From an uncultured Bacteroidales bacterium (GTDB lineage Bacteria; Bacteroidota; Bacteroidia; Bacteroidales; VadinHA17), in contig CAWALO010000021.1 of assembly GCA_963782945.1 (NCBI GenBank), forward strand, positions 75,156-139,155: a stretch of 64,000 bases of DNA. The letters are read 5' to 3'. This document shows positions 47,194 to 57,151 of this stretch, one piece after another. Positions within the stretch are counted from its first letter, which is position 1, and the number at the start of each line of letters is the position of its first letter. The notes beneath the pieces are model-generated. The model saw only the letters and a program-made list of their open reading frames with translations. It was not told where the DNA came from and ran no database searches. The position numbers and the translations under genes were made by a program.

Positions 47194-47643
47194 TCCGGCC
47201 GTCTCATTCTGATTCCGTCCGGTAATCCAGCCATCTTCAACTGCCCATTTACTGTTATATGTTATGAAATGTTCTTCGAAATTATCCGGAGTAATAATTG
47301 TTTTAAACAGGATTTTGGATTCGTAGATCTATTTCCTATTTATTAACTGTAAACATACTCATTAAATCAGTTATAATTAACTAGTTAAGTACTCAAGGAC
47401 ATATCTGTTTATTTAGGGATCTGCAGCAGCAGGGGTACCCTTGTACCTAAGAAGTGTATATGTACTCTCTGTACTGGCTGAAAATTCAAGACCTTGTTCT
47501 GTTGAAGAAGTTTGATTTTCATCGATAAAAAGTAATAAAAAAGGAATAAATCAAACGGCGGGAAATAAAAATGTATAATGAATAAGATCTATTCCCTTGT
47601 TAAGCAGCTCAAGCATATATCTGTGTTATTTAGGGATCCTCAC

Positions 47644-49002
47644 CTAAAGGCTCCACCCCTTTCTGTATTCAGTATGTAAAAACCTGTTTGCTTCAGGCAG
47701 ATTGGTAAAACTGAATTTTTCAGCATCCCATTCCAGTATCTGTCCGCTGAGCTTTTCCTTCAGTTCACGCCGTAAAGCTATATTCCCCAAAAGCACTGTT
47801 TCGGTAAGTGGTCCGGCCCATTCAAAATCTGAACCTCCTGCTGCGCCGCCTTTGCAGGCACGTATCCATTCCTCCTCATGACCCGGGGATGAAGGGATAG
47901 ATGGTGCAGGAGCTTTATATGATTCCCGAAGCGATTTCGGAAGAATTTTATCATCTAGGATCTTTCCCTTATCACCGACATACAGAGTTCCTCCGCTACC
48001 CATCTGCATTCCCTCCTCCATATCCTTCAGCAGCATTGGACGAAGACCTCCGTCATACCATGTAAGACTCACAGGTGGCATACCCTCACGGGCAGGAAAC
48101 TCGTATTTCACTATTGAACCTGAGGGATATGTCTCAAGATTGACAAGTGTTGAGACTGCCTGAACGCTTGTCGGGTATTTAAGTTTCAAAGCCCGGAAAA
48201 TCGGATCGAGTGAATGACATCCGATATCGCCCAATGCCCCGGTACCAAAGTCCCACCAGCCTCTCCAGCTGAACGGATGATAGGCAGGGTGATAAGGACG
48301 CTCCGGAGCAGGCCCTAAAAAGAGGTCCCAGTCAAGTTCTGCAGGGGTAGCAGGAGTATCCAACGGACGGGCAACTCCCTGTGGCCAGTATGTCTTCAAC
48401 AAGCCGTTATTGGGACGATCTGTCCAGACATGAACTTCACGTACCGGTCCTATCACTCCGTCCCATATCATTTCCCGGAGACGTCTGGGGCCATCACTGG
48501 CCTGCCCCTGGTTACCCATCTGGCTTGCAACCTTATACTGTTTGGCTGCTTTTGCAAGCTCTTTAGCCTCGAATACACTATGGGTAAGTGGCTTCTGTGT
48601 ATAAACATGCTTGCCCCTCTTCATTGCTTCCATACTTATAACAGCATGGGTATGATCGGGGGTGGCGATAATAACAGCATCAATATCTTTCTGCTTGTCA
48701 AGCATGATCCGAAAGTCCTTGTATTGTTTTGCACCCGGATAGGTTTTGAATATTTTCATTGTCGGTTCCCTCCAGTCAACGTCGCACAGGGCTGCTATAT
48801 TCTCTGTTTTGGCAACGTTTTCAATGTTTACCCGCCCCATACCGGCTATTCCCACAGCGGCAATATTAAGCTTGTCGCTCGGAGCAGTATGCCCTAATCC
48901 TGAAACAGCATGACGCGGAATAATTGTCAGACCTGCCAGTGCCAGAGAAGAGGTTTCTATGAACCCTCTCCTGCTTATCGGTTTTGTAGTTTTGTCTTTC
49001 AT
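47644..49002 (-). CDS. Gfo/Idh/MocA-family oxidoreductase with Tat leader
   Basis: 452 aa. Leader is KPISRRGFIETSSLALAGLTII. Rossmann start is LNIAAVGIAGMG. Paralog of 626..2119. Confidence 0.85.
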   Translation of the reverse strand: MKDKTTKPISRRGFIETSSLALAGLTIIPRHAVSGLGHTAPSDKLNIAAVGIAGMGRVNIENVAKTENIAALCDVDWREPTMKIFKTYPGAKQYKDFRIMLDKQKDIDAVIIATPDHTHAVISMEAMKRGKHVYTQKPLTHSVFEAKELAKAAKQYKVASQMGNQGQASDGPRRLREMIWDGVIGPVREVHVWTDRPNNGLLKTYWPQGVARPLDTPATPAELDWDLFLGPAPERPYHPAYHPFSWRGWWDFGTGALGDIGCHSLDPIFRALKLKYPTSVQAVSTLVNLETYPSGSIVKYEFPAREGMPPVSLTWYDGGLRPMLLKDMEEGMQMGSGGTLYVGDKGKILDDKILPKSLRESYKAPAPSIPSSPGHEEEWIRACKGGAAGGSDFEWAGPLTETVLLGNIALRRELKEKLSGQILEWDAEKFSFTNLPEANRFLHTEYRKGWSL

Positions 49003-49054
49003 CTGTTCTGAAATGTGTTAGTGTCGTGTAAACTCAATATTGATGTAATACTAT

Positions 49055-49135
49055 AAGTTGGCAGTTAGCAAATAGCAGTTGGCAATTTTGTTATGAATCA
49101 ATTTTTGCCAACTGCTTTTTGCCATTTGCCAACTT
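49055..49135. repeat. Word-built hairpin (ttggca/tgccaa family)
   Basis: aagttggcagttagcaaatagcagttggcaa - loop - ttgccaactgctttttgccatttgccaactt. It lies 21 nt after the stop of the sialate O-acetylesterase gene. Confidence 0.8.
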
Positions 49136-49155
49136 TATATTTATTGCAAATCAGA

Positions 49156-50577
49156 TCATTCAGCTGCCCAGTCATCGGTACGGAATGATGAAGCAGGCAG
49201 TCCTTCTGTATTGAACAGATCTCCTATAATAAAATCCTTGAATGCATATCTTACTGCAACCGGAGCAGAAACTTCAGGACTCATCAGTGTTACCCCGTCA
49301 TCCGTGATAAATGCCTTTGCCGGGACAAACCTTTTATTAGCTCCTGCCACTTCAAAACAGGACAATTCTTTACCAAAAGAGGTCAGACCGTTATCCGCGT
49401 TTTTGAAAGTCATCTTCACAACGGCTCCCTCAACAGTCATTTCTTTGAACAAAGGGCCGCTGAAAGCAAATCCTGATTTACCGTAGGTTTTTGCCAGTGC
49501 CAGAAGTGCCAGACGTTCCGAACCGGTTTTTTTAGCAGCCGGATGGATGTTATCTTTTTCACCGAGATCCATAATACAAGCCATACCAATATTGGGAATT
49601 GCTGTCGAGGCTTTCAGCTGGGCCTCCCTGAGATAAGCCGAACTCAAACCGTGTGTTCCATAGTCGAAGGGTGCTATCTGTATATAGTAGAACGGGAATT
49701 CACCCACTCCCCAGACAGACCTCCAGTTTTCTACCATTCCCGGCAATAATCTTACATATTTGTCAGCCTCATTCCTGTTCGACTCCCCCTGGTACCAGAT
49801 AGCACCTCTTATGCCAAAACCAGCCATTGGATTTATCATGGCATTATACAGCACAGTAGGTGTTTGCGGAGAAAGGGTTCCCTGCTGGCTTTTATCGGGA
49901 AGGGTAACAAAATCAAATTTTTTGATTCCGGCTTCGCTGATCCATGGCTCGATACGTGTACCTCCCCAGCTGGAATTGATAAGTCCAACAGGCACATTTA
50001 ATACCTTATTGAGCAACAGTCCGAAATAATAACCTGTGGCACTGAATTCACTTACATTCTCAGGCTCGCAAACTTTCCATGCTCCTTCAAAATCATAAAC
50101 TGGCTCAAGACTTGTTGCTTTTGTAACAGTAAACATCCGGATAGAAGGATTTGAAGATGTCACAATTGCATCATTGGATCCGGTAATCGGCTGATTGAAA
50201 TATCCCTTTACCGGCATCTCCATATTCGACTGGCCAGAACAGACCCATACTTCACCTATCAGCACATTCTTAAGCTTTACCGTTTTGCCATCGCTGATTG
50301 ATATTTCATAAGGTCCCCCGGCAGAAGGAGTAGCTACTTTTAGCTTCCATTTACCATCGCTGCCTGCCTTTACGTTATACATCTTATTGTTCCAGGAAGT
50401 AATAACCTTTACAGTGCCATTTTTTTCGGCCGATCCCCAGATTGCAGCATCGGTCTTTTGCTGCAATACCATATTGTCACCGAATATGGCAGGCAATTTT
50501 ACCTCTCCGAAAAGAGAGTTTGATGTGACAACAAATACAATCAGCACTGCTGTCATAGATGAAAAGATACGTTTCAT
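49156..50577 (-). CDS. Sialate O-acetylesterase-family (SGNH-type) carbohydrate esterase, exported
   Basis: 473 aa with a signal peptide. LPAIFGDNMVLQQ is the family-typical N-terminal block. Also GEVWVCSGQSNM and IWYQGESN. Confidence 0.8.
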   Translation of the reverse strand: MKRIFSSMTAVLIVFVVTSNSLFGEVKLPAIFGDNMVLQQKTDAAIWGSAEKNGTVKVITSWNNKMYNVKAGSDGKWKLKVATPSAGGPYEISISDGKTVKLKNVLIGEVWVCSGQSNMEMPVKGYFNQPITGSNDAIVTSSNPSIRMFTVTKATSLEPVYDFEGAWKVCEPENVSEFSATGYYFGLLLNKVLNVPVGLINSSWGGTRIEPWISEAGIKKFDFVTLPDKSQQGTLSPQTPTVLYNAMINPMAGFGIRGAIWYQGESNRNEADKYVRLLPGMVENWRSVWGVGEFPFYYIQIAPFDYGTHGLSSAYLREAQLKASTAIPNIGMACIMDLGEKDNIHPAAKKTGSERLALLALAKTYGKSGFAFSGPLFKEMTVEGAVVKMTFKNADNGLTSFGKELSCFEVAGANKRFVPAKAFITDDGVTLMSPEVSAPVAVRYAFKDFIIGDLFNTEGLPASSFRTDDWAAE

Positions 50578-50617
50578 ATTTATATTTACTTAAGTTAAAG
50601 ATGCGAATTCATATTCC

Positions 50618-50702
50618 CTTGGTGAAACTTGGCGCCTTTGTGCCTTAGTGGCATTTTTTTAAAACTTGCCACCAAGACACCAGGACACCAAGGAACACCA
50701 AG
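50618..50702. repeat. Word-built hairpin, cttggtg/caccaag family (second copy)
   Basis: cttggtgaaacttggcgcctttgtgccttagtggca - loop - tgccaccaagacaccaggacaccaaggaacaccaag. It shares cttagtggca...tgccaccaag with 9189..9258. It lies 58 nt after the stop of 50760..52154. Confidence 0.8.
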
Positions 50703-50759
50703 ATTTATTTTATGGTTTCGAGCAATGCCAATAGCAAGGCTCCTGCGAGGTATGGCATT

Positions 50760-52154
50760 TTAAACTTCGTCATTAATCACATACGGTTTCCGGTAAACCC
50801 TTGTCAGCATTGCATCGGCTTCGGGATCGTTTACGAACTTTTCGTAATCACCCATAAATTTCAGTTCGCGGCCAAGCCTGTATGAGATATTTGCCAGGTG
50901 CGGAAGCGCTGAGGAGTAAAATCCATCAATAATATCACAATTAAGTGCCTCATTATTCCCTGCTCTTATTGCATCAATAAAATTCGCGTAGTGCTCGGTT
51001 CCTCCAGGTGCTGCAAGATATTTTGCATCGGCTGGCTTCTTCTCAGCGGTCTCTGAACCTGCGATTGGTTCCTTCCCCCTTTCTGCAAATGGTTCTTTCT
51101 CCCTTTTCCTGAACGCCTTCCAGGTTTCATCATTAAGCTCAAGGTATCCGTCTGTGCCATAAAAGATATTTCCGATTTTTATACCAAGACTTGATTCTGC
51201 ATTGGTGAATCTTCCCCTGGTTTCAAACTCAAGGATCTTCCCATCCCTGTATCTGAAAACTGACGTCTGTGTATTTGGTGTTTCCTGTTCACATTCGTCC
51301 GGACTTATTCCATATATGCCACCGGTTGAATAAACCGAAACAGGATGCTCATTTTTGTTAAGTCCCCACCGTGCAAGGTCGAACTGATGTGGTCCCTGAT
51401 TGCCGGTATCGCCGTTTCCTGTAGGCCAAAACCAGTGCCAGTTGTAATGAACGTGTTTTTCATTGTAAGGGCGCCAGGGAGCAGGTCCGAGCCATCTGTC
51501 ATAGTGCAGCGTTGCAGGAGGGGTTGTGTCTTTTGCTATTCCAAAAGAGTCGCGCGGCTTATAACACATACCCTTGGCCATATAAACAGAGCCTATCCCT
51601 CCAGCATGCAGGAATTGCATTGCTTCCATCACACTTGAGATTGAACGGTTCTGAAATCCTGTCTGCACCCTTACATTATACTTCCTGGATGCCTCAATCA
51701 TCTTCCTCCCTTCAAAAATATTATGGCATGCAGGTTTTTCAACATATACATGTTTTCCTGCCTGGCAGGCCCATATTGTTCCAAGTGCATGCCAGTGATT
51801 TGGTATGGCAAACGATACCGCGTTAATCTCCTTATCATCAAAGACCTTACGCATATCCCACTCTGTAACAGGTTTGATGCCAGTCTTGTCAAAAATGAAT
51901 TTTGATTTCTCCGCATAATACTGTTCATCGACATCACATATCGTTTTTAATCTGATATTACGGTTCTCCGTAAGATCACACCAGCTTTCTATATGAGATC
52001 CTCCCTGTCCGCGAATGCCAACTACTGCAAGAAAGAGTCTGTCATTCGCTCCGACTACTGAATCATAGGATTTTGCGCTGAATCCCATTCCTCCTATTGT
52101 TATCCCGGCGGTGCCGAGGATGCTTTTTTTGATAAATTCCCGTCTCTTTGTCAT
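50760..52154 (-). CDS. Gfo/Idh/MocA-family oxidoreductase with Tat leader
   Basis: 464 aa. Leader is MTKRREFIKKSILGTAGITIGG. Rossmann start is LAVVGIRGQGGSH. EKP motif is VYVEKPACHN. Confidence 0.85.
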   Translation of the reverse strand: MTKRREFIKKSILGTAGITIGGMGFSAKSYDSVVGANDRLFLAVVGIRGQGGSHIESWCDLTENRNIRLKTICDVDEQYYAEKSKFIFDKTGIKPVTEWDMRKVFDDKEINAVSFAIPNHWHALGTIWACQAGKHVYVEKPACHNIFEGRKMIEASRKYNVRVQTGFQNRSISSVMEAMQFLHAGGIGSVYMAKGMCYKPRDSFGIAKDTTPPATLHYDRWLGPAPWRPYNEKHVHYNWHWFWPTGNGDTGNQGPHQFDLARWGLNKNEHPVSVYSTGGIYGISPDECEQETPNTQTSVFRYRDGKILEFETRGRFTNAESSLGIKIGNIFYGTDGYLELNDETWKAFRKREKEPFAERGKEPIAGSETAEKKPADAKYLAAPGGTEHYANFIDAIRAGNNEALNCDIIDGFYSSALPHLANISYRLGRELKFMGDYEKFVNDPEADAMLTRVYRKPYVINDEV

Positions 52155-52321
52155 TAGATGATTTTTTTGATAAGATATTGTTTATTAAGATTTTCCAAAC
52201 AATTACAACCTCTATGGGTTTGAAAATATCATAAATTTACTCTTTTTTAAATTACAATTTTAGATTAACTTACACGTTTATAATAATTGTTGGATCAAAA
52301 TCTCATTTATTTATTAAAACC

Positions 52322-52936
52322 ATGGAAATAAAGAGTAAGTTTCACCTGAGATCTTTAACGATGGGTCTTTTTCTGATGGTGGTTATATTCAGGGCAGAAG
52401 GGCAAACATCCATGCCGGATGTACTTCTTCACAATTCCATAAAAGAACAATTGAATTATCTGGAGGAGCGGACAAGGATCTATGAATATTACAGGGCAAT
52501 CAGAGAGGATATGTTTCAGAAAGTCAAGGGAAATATTTCAGATACTCTTACAAAAGCTTTTGGGACAATAAATCAGCTGAAGGGCTCAATAACTGCACTG
52601 AACTTCACAATCGATTCGCTTGGCTCTGAACTGAAGAGTACAAAAACCAGCCTTGAGGATATAACCCGGACAAAAAACAGTATCAGATTACTGGGTATGG
52701 AGGTAAATAAGACGACTTATAATGGAATAATGTGGTTGATAATAGCCGGACTGGCAGCTTGCCTGGTAATAGGTTTCCTCTTGTTCAAGGCTAACCTTAT
52801 CTCTGTTCACCATATGAAGAAAGAGTTAAATGAGACTAAGGTTGAATTTGAGGCCTATCGCAAGAGTTCCAGGGAAGCCCGCGAAAAGATGTCGATGGAT
52901 CATTTCAATGAAATCAAGAGGCTGAAGGGGGGCTGA
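52322..52936 (+). CDS. Hypothetical membrane protein with coiled-coil region
   Basis: 204 aa. An N-terminal hydrophobic segment, a heptad-like central region, and a second TM (IMWLIIAGLAACLVIGFLLF). No family recognised. Confidence 0.5.
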   Translation: MEIKSKFHLRSLTMGLFLMVVIFRAEGQTSMPDVLLHNSIKEQLNYLEERTRIYEYYRAIREDMFQKVKGNISDTLTKAFGTINQLKGSITALNFTIDSLGSELKSTKTSLEDITRTKNSIRLLGMEVNKTTYNGIMWLIIAGLAACLVIGFLLFKANLISVHHMKKELNETKVEFEAYRKSSREAREKMSMDHFNEIKRLKGG

Positions 52937-52938
52937 GA

Positions 52939-53973
52939 TTAAATAATCGGTTTCACTTCTGCCTTTGCCCTCTTCATCACATCTTCCATCTCAATAGCAA
53001 CACCTCCTTTAAACTTACTCTCTTCTGCGGCAGCCATAAAAGCGAAGATCTCAATGGTTTCAGCAGAGGTCACTGGTACCACTCCTGTTTTAAAGAATTC
53101 AATTATTTTTATCAGGAGCGGGTTATAGCTATGGTCTTTCCCAAGAGACAGATTGGCCTTTTCCCCGAATGCTGTTCCTCCGATGTCATATATCCCGGAG
53201 CGTATTCCCCTGAATGTACCGATCCTGTTATCATTCCACAAACCTGTGACGATATCGGTATTTTCCGTGTAAATACGTGAAACGCTCTTGCATCCTTGTC
53301 CCATGAGTGTAAAAAGCATTTCTACACCATGCACTCCATACCAGAAAAGATCCGGATGCGTCGGTTCTATGGTTGCCGGACTGTAGGTATCAGCGCCCAA
53401 TACTTTTCCTATGCTGCCTCCGGCAATTTCCTGAGTAACCTGTTCAAATCTTAAGGAGGAGGATGAAAAAACCGGAACATTGTAATGCTTTGCTGCTTCA
53501 AAAATAGCAATGGCATCGCTGAGTGAGCCAGCAACAGGCTTATCAATAAACATTCTTTTACCCGATTTAAATACCGGTAGTGCCTGTTCGAGGTGGAGCC
53601 GGCCATCATTAGTTTCAAGCAACACAACATCGACTTTTGCCAGAAGTTCTTCAATTGAATTCGTTATTTCAACTCCAAGGTTTTTAACTTCCTCAGTATA
53701 ACCTGGTATCCTTTCAGCGCTTGATTTGATATCCCTGCTTCCCCGGGGATAGGCAGCTGTAATTTTGTAGCCTCCGAATTCAGGACCAGCATCAGCACTG
53801 TTAAGAGCTTTGGTGAAGGCGATAGAATGAGAGGTGTCAAGTCCGATAATCCCGACTTTTCCTCCATCGGTACTGTTAATGCCAAATATTGGCTGAAAGT
53901 TGCCAGCCAGGCCCAGGGATATTCCTCCCATTGAGGCTGTCTTAACAAAATCACGGCGGTTAAATCTGTTCAT
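52939..53973 (-). CDS. Gfo/Idh/MocA-family oxidoreductase (short form) with Tat leader
   Basis: Start placed at ATG 53973 (MNRFNRRDFVKTASMGGISLGLAG) rather than the track start at 54012. Rossmann start is VGIIGLDTSHS. EKP-like motif is MFIDKPVA. Confidence 0.8.
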   Translation of the reverse strand: MNRFNRRDFVKTASMGGISLGLAGNFQPIFGINSTDGGKVGIIGLDTSHSIAFTKALNSADAGPEFGGYKITAAYPRGSRDIKSSAERIPGYTEEVKNLGVEITNSIEELLAKVDVVLLETNDGRLHLEQALPVFKSGKRMFIDKPVAGSLSDAIAIFEAAKHYNVPVFSSSSLRFEQVTQEIAGGSIGKVLGADTYSPATIEPTHPDLFWYGVHGVEMLFTLMGQGCKSVSRIYTENTDIVTGLWNDNRIGTFRGIRSGIYDIGGTAFGEKANLSLGKDHSYNPLLIKIIEFFKTGVVPVTSAETIEIFAFMAAAEESKFKGGVAIEMEDVMKRAKAEVKPII

Positions 53974-54064
53974 AATATCCAAATAAGGTAAATGGTGAAA
54001 AAAGTACTCCAAATTAAGAAAAATTAAGTAGGTTTGATACAGAAATCACTAAATCAGATCCGCA

Positions 54065-55468
54065 ATGTCATCAAAAACAACCCGCCGTTCATTTCTTGCC
54101 CAGACAGGCATGATATCCGCAGGGATCACCCTGGGCGTAAATCCTTTAAGTGCAGCCAGCTATAACAGGATAAAAGGGGCCAATGAAAAGATCCGGGTAG
54201 GTTTCATTGGTGTCGGAAATCGGGGAACCCAACTCCTGAATATCTTTATGGATCAGCCTGATGTTGAAATTGCAGCATTATGTGACGTTTATGAACCGTA
54301 TATTAACCGTGACCGTTCCAGGGTTGATCCAAGATATATCAAAGACAGACCCGGACAGATCCCGGAAATGGGAGAATCTTTTCCGAATAAGGTCGAAAGA
54401 TATTCTGACTACAGGAAGTTACTGGAAAACAAGACTATAGATGCTGTATGCATAGCAACACCTGACCACTGGCATGCACTTATGACTATCGATGCAATAA
54501 ACGCAGGTAAAGATGTTTATATAGAGAAACCTCTTTCAAAGACTATCCATGAAGGCAGAGCAATGGTAAATGCCGGTAAGAACAGCAAACAAATTGTGAC
54601 CGTAGGGCTGAACAGGCGGGGTGCTCCCACTTTTCAGAAGCTTGCTAAGGATATTCCTTCAGGGAAGATAGGAAAAGTTACATATACGAGCGCATGCCAT
54701 GTAGGTAACATGTTTCCTTCAGGCATAGGTAAACTGAAACCGGAAAATCCTCCAAAAGATTTCAACTGGGATGCCTGGCTGGGTCCACGGGCCTTCAGGC
54801 CATATCAATATAACATAGCTCCGTATATGTTCCGGTGGTGGGAAGATTATTGCAATCAGATCAGTAATCAGGGCGTTCATTATCTCGATCTGATCAGGTG
54901 GCTGCTCAACGAAGAGGCTCCTGCAGCCGTAAGTGCGATGGGAGGGAAATATGCAGTAGATGATGACCGTACCATTCCGGATACCTTTCAGGTTACCTAT
55001 GAATTTGCTTCAGGATCTATAGCTACAGTAAAAGTTTTAGAGGCAAGCTCAGGCAGTTTCATTCCGTATGGTTTCATTGAAATGCGTGGAACTAAAGGGA
55101 CACTTTATACAAATGAAAATGATTATAAGATTGTTCCTGCCAGTCCCGGGCAATTCCAAAGCTGGGATAAACTTATGGAAGCTGAAGAATATAGCCTGGA
55201 GACAAAGGACACCCTCCTTGCAGACAATAGTTATCTCAACAGCACTGCAAACCTCATCCGTAATTTCCTCGATTGTATAAAATCACGGGAAACACCATTT
55301 TCAACCCTGGAAACCGGACATCGCTCGACCTCTCTCGCTCATATGGCTACAATTTCAATGTTAACAAAACAGAGGCTGGAATGGGATCCGGCAAAGGAAC
55401 GTTTCACCAACTCAGAAGAGGCCAATAAGATGCTGCATTATGAGTACCGGAAACCCTATAAATTATAA
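54065..55468 (+). CDS. Gfo/Idh/MocA-family oxidoreductase with Tat leader
   Basis: 467 aa. Leader is MSSKTTRRSFLAQTGMISAGITLG. Rossmann start is VGFIGVGNRG. EKP motif is VYIEKPLS. Confidence 0.85.
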   Translation: MSSKTTRRSFLAQTGMISAGITLGVNPLSAASYNRIKGANEKIRVGFIGVGNRGTQLLNIFMDQPDVEIAALCDVYEPYINRDRSRVDPRYIKDRPGQIPEMGESFPNKVERYSDYRKLLENKTIDAVCIATPDHWHALMTIDAINAGKDVYIEKPLSKTIHEGRAMVNAGKNSKQIVTVGLNRRGAPTFQKLAKDIPSGKIGKVTYTSACHVGNMFPSGIGKLKPENPPKDFNWDAWLGPRAFRPYQYNIAPYMFRWWEDYCNQISNQGVHYLDLIRWLLNEEAPAAVSAMGGKYAVDDDRTIPDTFQVTYEFASGSIATVKVLEASSGSFIPYGFIEMRGTKGTLYTNENDYKIVPASPGQFQSWDKLMEAEEYSLETKDTLLADNSYLNSTANLIRNFLDCIKSRETPFSTLETGHRSTSLAHMATISMLTKQRLEWDPAKERFTNSEEANKMLHYEYRKPYKL

Positions 55469-57028
55469 CTAAGCATACCACTGCCTTTCGCGCTTCAGGT
55501 CTGAATTAAGTATATTATAGGCCAGATTGGCATTTTCAACAACCTGAAAATCAAACATTCCAACACATGCGAAATCGGCTCCGCTGGCAAATGCGTGCCT
55601 GAAGCCCTCTTCCGGTTTTATCGCACCGGCTGCCAGTACTTTATATGCAATCCATGGAGTTGTATTTTCCCTGAAGAAATCGGCAACTACCTTATCCGAC
55701 ATGCACCAGATATTGTCGTGTGCCATATTATGATCATCTCCGTCCACAGGCAGCTCCGGGTTTGCCGGATCAATGGGTGTTGCAGACCAGTAATTATGGC
55801 TGTGAAAGGTTTTCATGTAGAAATCAGGCTTGATCCCATGTTCAATGCAGGTTTTCAGAACCATCATGGAATGAGCAGCGGTTCCGGCAATAAGTCCTTG
55901 CTTCTGAATAAGTTCAACAGGCTTACGAAGAAAATCAATCTGCTTGTCGGTAACAATTTTGTCGGCAATACCTCCCATTACAAACGCACCGATTGCGCCA
56001 TGATCGATAGCAGTCTGAACATTGGACAGATCTTCTCCTTTGGGATATGTTTGCGCCAGCCACTGGACCTTACCTCCCCTTTTCCAGTATTTTTCAAGAA
56101 TCCTAATTGTGTTTTCATCACAACGGAAAATGGCAGTGTTGATGCCGCATGCTTCACACAGCCACAACGTTTCAATCACTTTTTCATCGCTGAAATACTT
56201 TTTAAGCCAGGTGGAAACATAAATTAGGTCGCGTGCATGAGCAAAGCCGCTGATAAGATTCCCGCCGATCATGATCCGGCTAAGGGTTCTTTCTTTAATC
56301 TTACCTGAAGGAACCTGTCCTTTCAGTTCACTTATTGACTGGGACTTTCCCATCAGAAGTGATGCGCTGCTCACAGCATCAGTTTTAGATGCAAGGTTTT
56401 TCTCTTCAAAACTTATCCATCCACGCTTTTTCGCCATCCCGAAAAAGGCAGCTCCGAAAAGTGGTAACACTGCAAGGTTCTTAATCAACTCTCTCCGGGA
56501 AGTGTCATATGATTCAAGTATCTCATGATTATCCTGTGACGGGAACTTTTCATCTTTCCGTTTTTCATGCCAATATGCTGCAAGCCTCTGCATGCCCCAG
56601 AGTGCCTCCTTCCTGAGGGAAGCCAGGGCAATAAGGACAATTGCCTCAATGAGATTGTAATTGAGTATGTAAAAATGACTGGTTGAAGGAATTGTTGAAG
56701 GTACAAACGGAGGATTTGCCACATAGTAAAGCAAAAGAAGCAATGCTCCTGAAATAGCGGCTGGTCTGGTAAACAATCCGACAAACAGGCAAAATCCTAT
56801 TATTATCAATCCCCAGATATTCAGAAAATCAACAATATGCAATGTAGTGCTATTACCAATAAGCCAATGGAAAAACCCTGAAAACAGCCATTTTGATTCC
56901 ATCAGATAAAGTGAGGATGACCAGTTTGGATTAGCCAGCTTGGCCAGGCCTTCATAAAGGAAATGCCAGCCTATTACAATCCTCAGAGCCGAGAGAAGCC
57001 ATATTGTGATACTATTTGTTTTTTTCAT
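55469..57028 (-). CDS. DoxX-like membrane domain fused to an uncharacterised ~340-aa domain
   Basis: Start placed at ATG 57028 (MKKTNSIT...); the track start is a TTG. The N-terminal part ALRIVIGWHFLYEGLAKL plus four hydrophobic segments resembles DoxX. An internal TSRRELIKNLAVLPLFGAAFFGMA segment is followed by a soluble domain that I cannot assign. Confidence 0.6.
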   Translation of the reverse strand: MKKTNSITIWLLSALRIVIGWHFLYEGLAKLANPNWSSSLYLMESKWLFSGFFHWLIGNSTTLHIVDFLNIWGLIIIGFCLFVGLFTRPAAISGALLLLLYYVANPPFVPSTIPSTSHFYILNYNLIEAIVLIALASLRKEALWGMQRLAAYWHEKRKDEKFPSQDNHEILESYDTSRRELIKNLAVLPLFGAAFFGMAKKRGWISFEEKNLASKTDAVSSASLLMGKSQSISELKGQVPSGKIKERTLSRIMIGGNLISGFAHARDLIYVSTWLKKYFSDEKVIETLWLCEACGINTAIFRCDENTIRILEKYWKRGGKVQWLAQTYPKGEDLSNVQTAIDHGAIGAFVMGGIADKIVTDKQIDFLRKPVELIQKQGLIAGTAAHSMMVLKTCIEHGIKPDFYMKTFHSHNYWSATPIDPANPELPVDGDDHNMAHDNIWCMSDKVVADFFRENTTPWIAYKVLAAGAIKPEEGFRHAFASGADFACVGMFDFQVVENANLAYNILNSDLKRERQWYA

Positions 57029-57151
57029 GCAGACATATTTAATCAATCCAAAATCAGTCAAAAGATAATGTCTTCTTGTTATATTTCAAACAAACATGAT
57101 AACTATTACATTTTGATGTGATTCTATTTTATATCTGGCATCAGCCGGTTG

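Noticed and set aside
55466-55471. Convergent genes whose stop codons abut with zero intergenic bases
   Set aside because: This is real in the sequence but is a common compact-genome feature. It is noted only as context in the DoxX finding.
55595-56227. 210-aa ORF on the plus strand
   Set aside because: It lies entirely antisense within the 55469..57028 gene and has low-complexity, Cys/Arg-rich composition with no recognisable motif. It is a shadow ORF.
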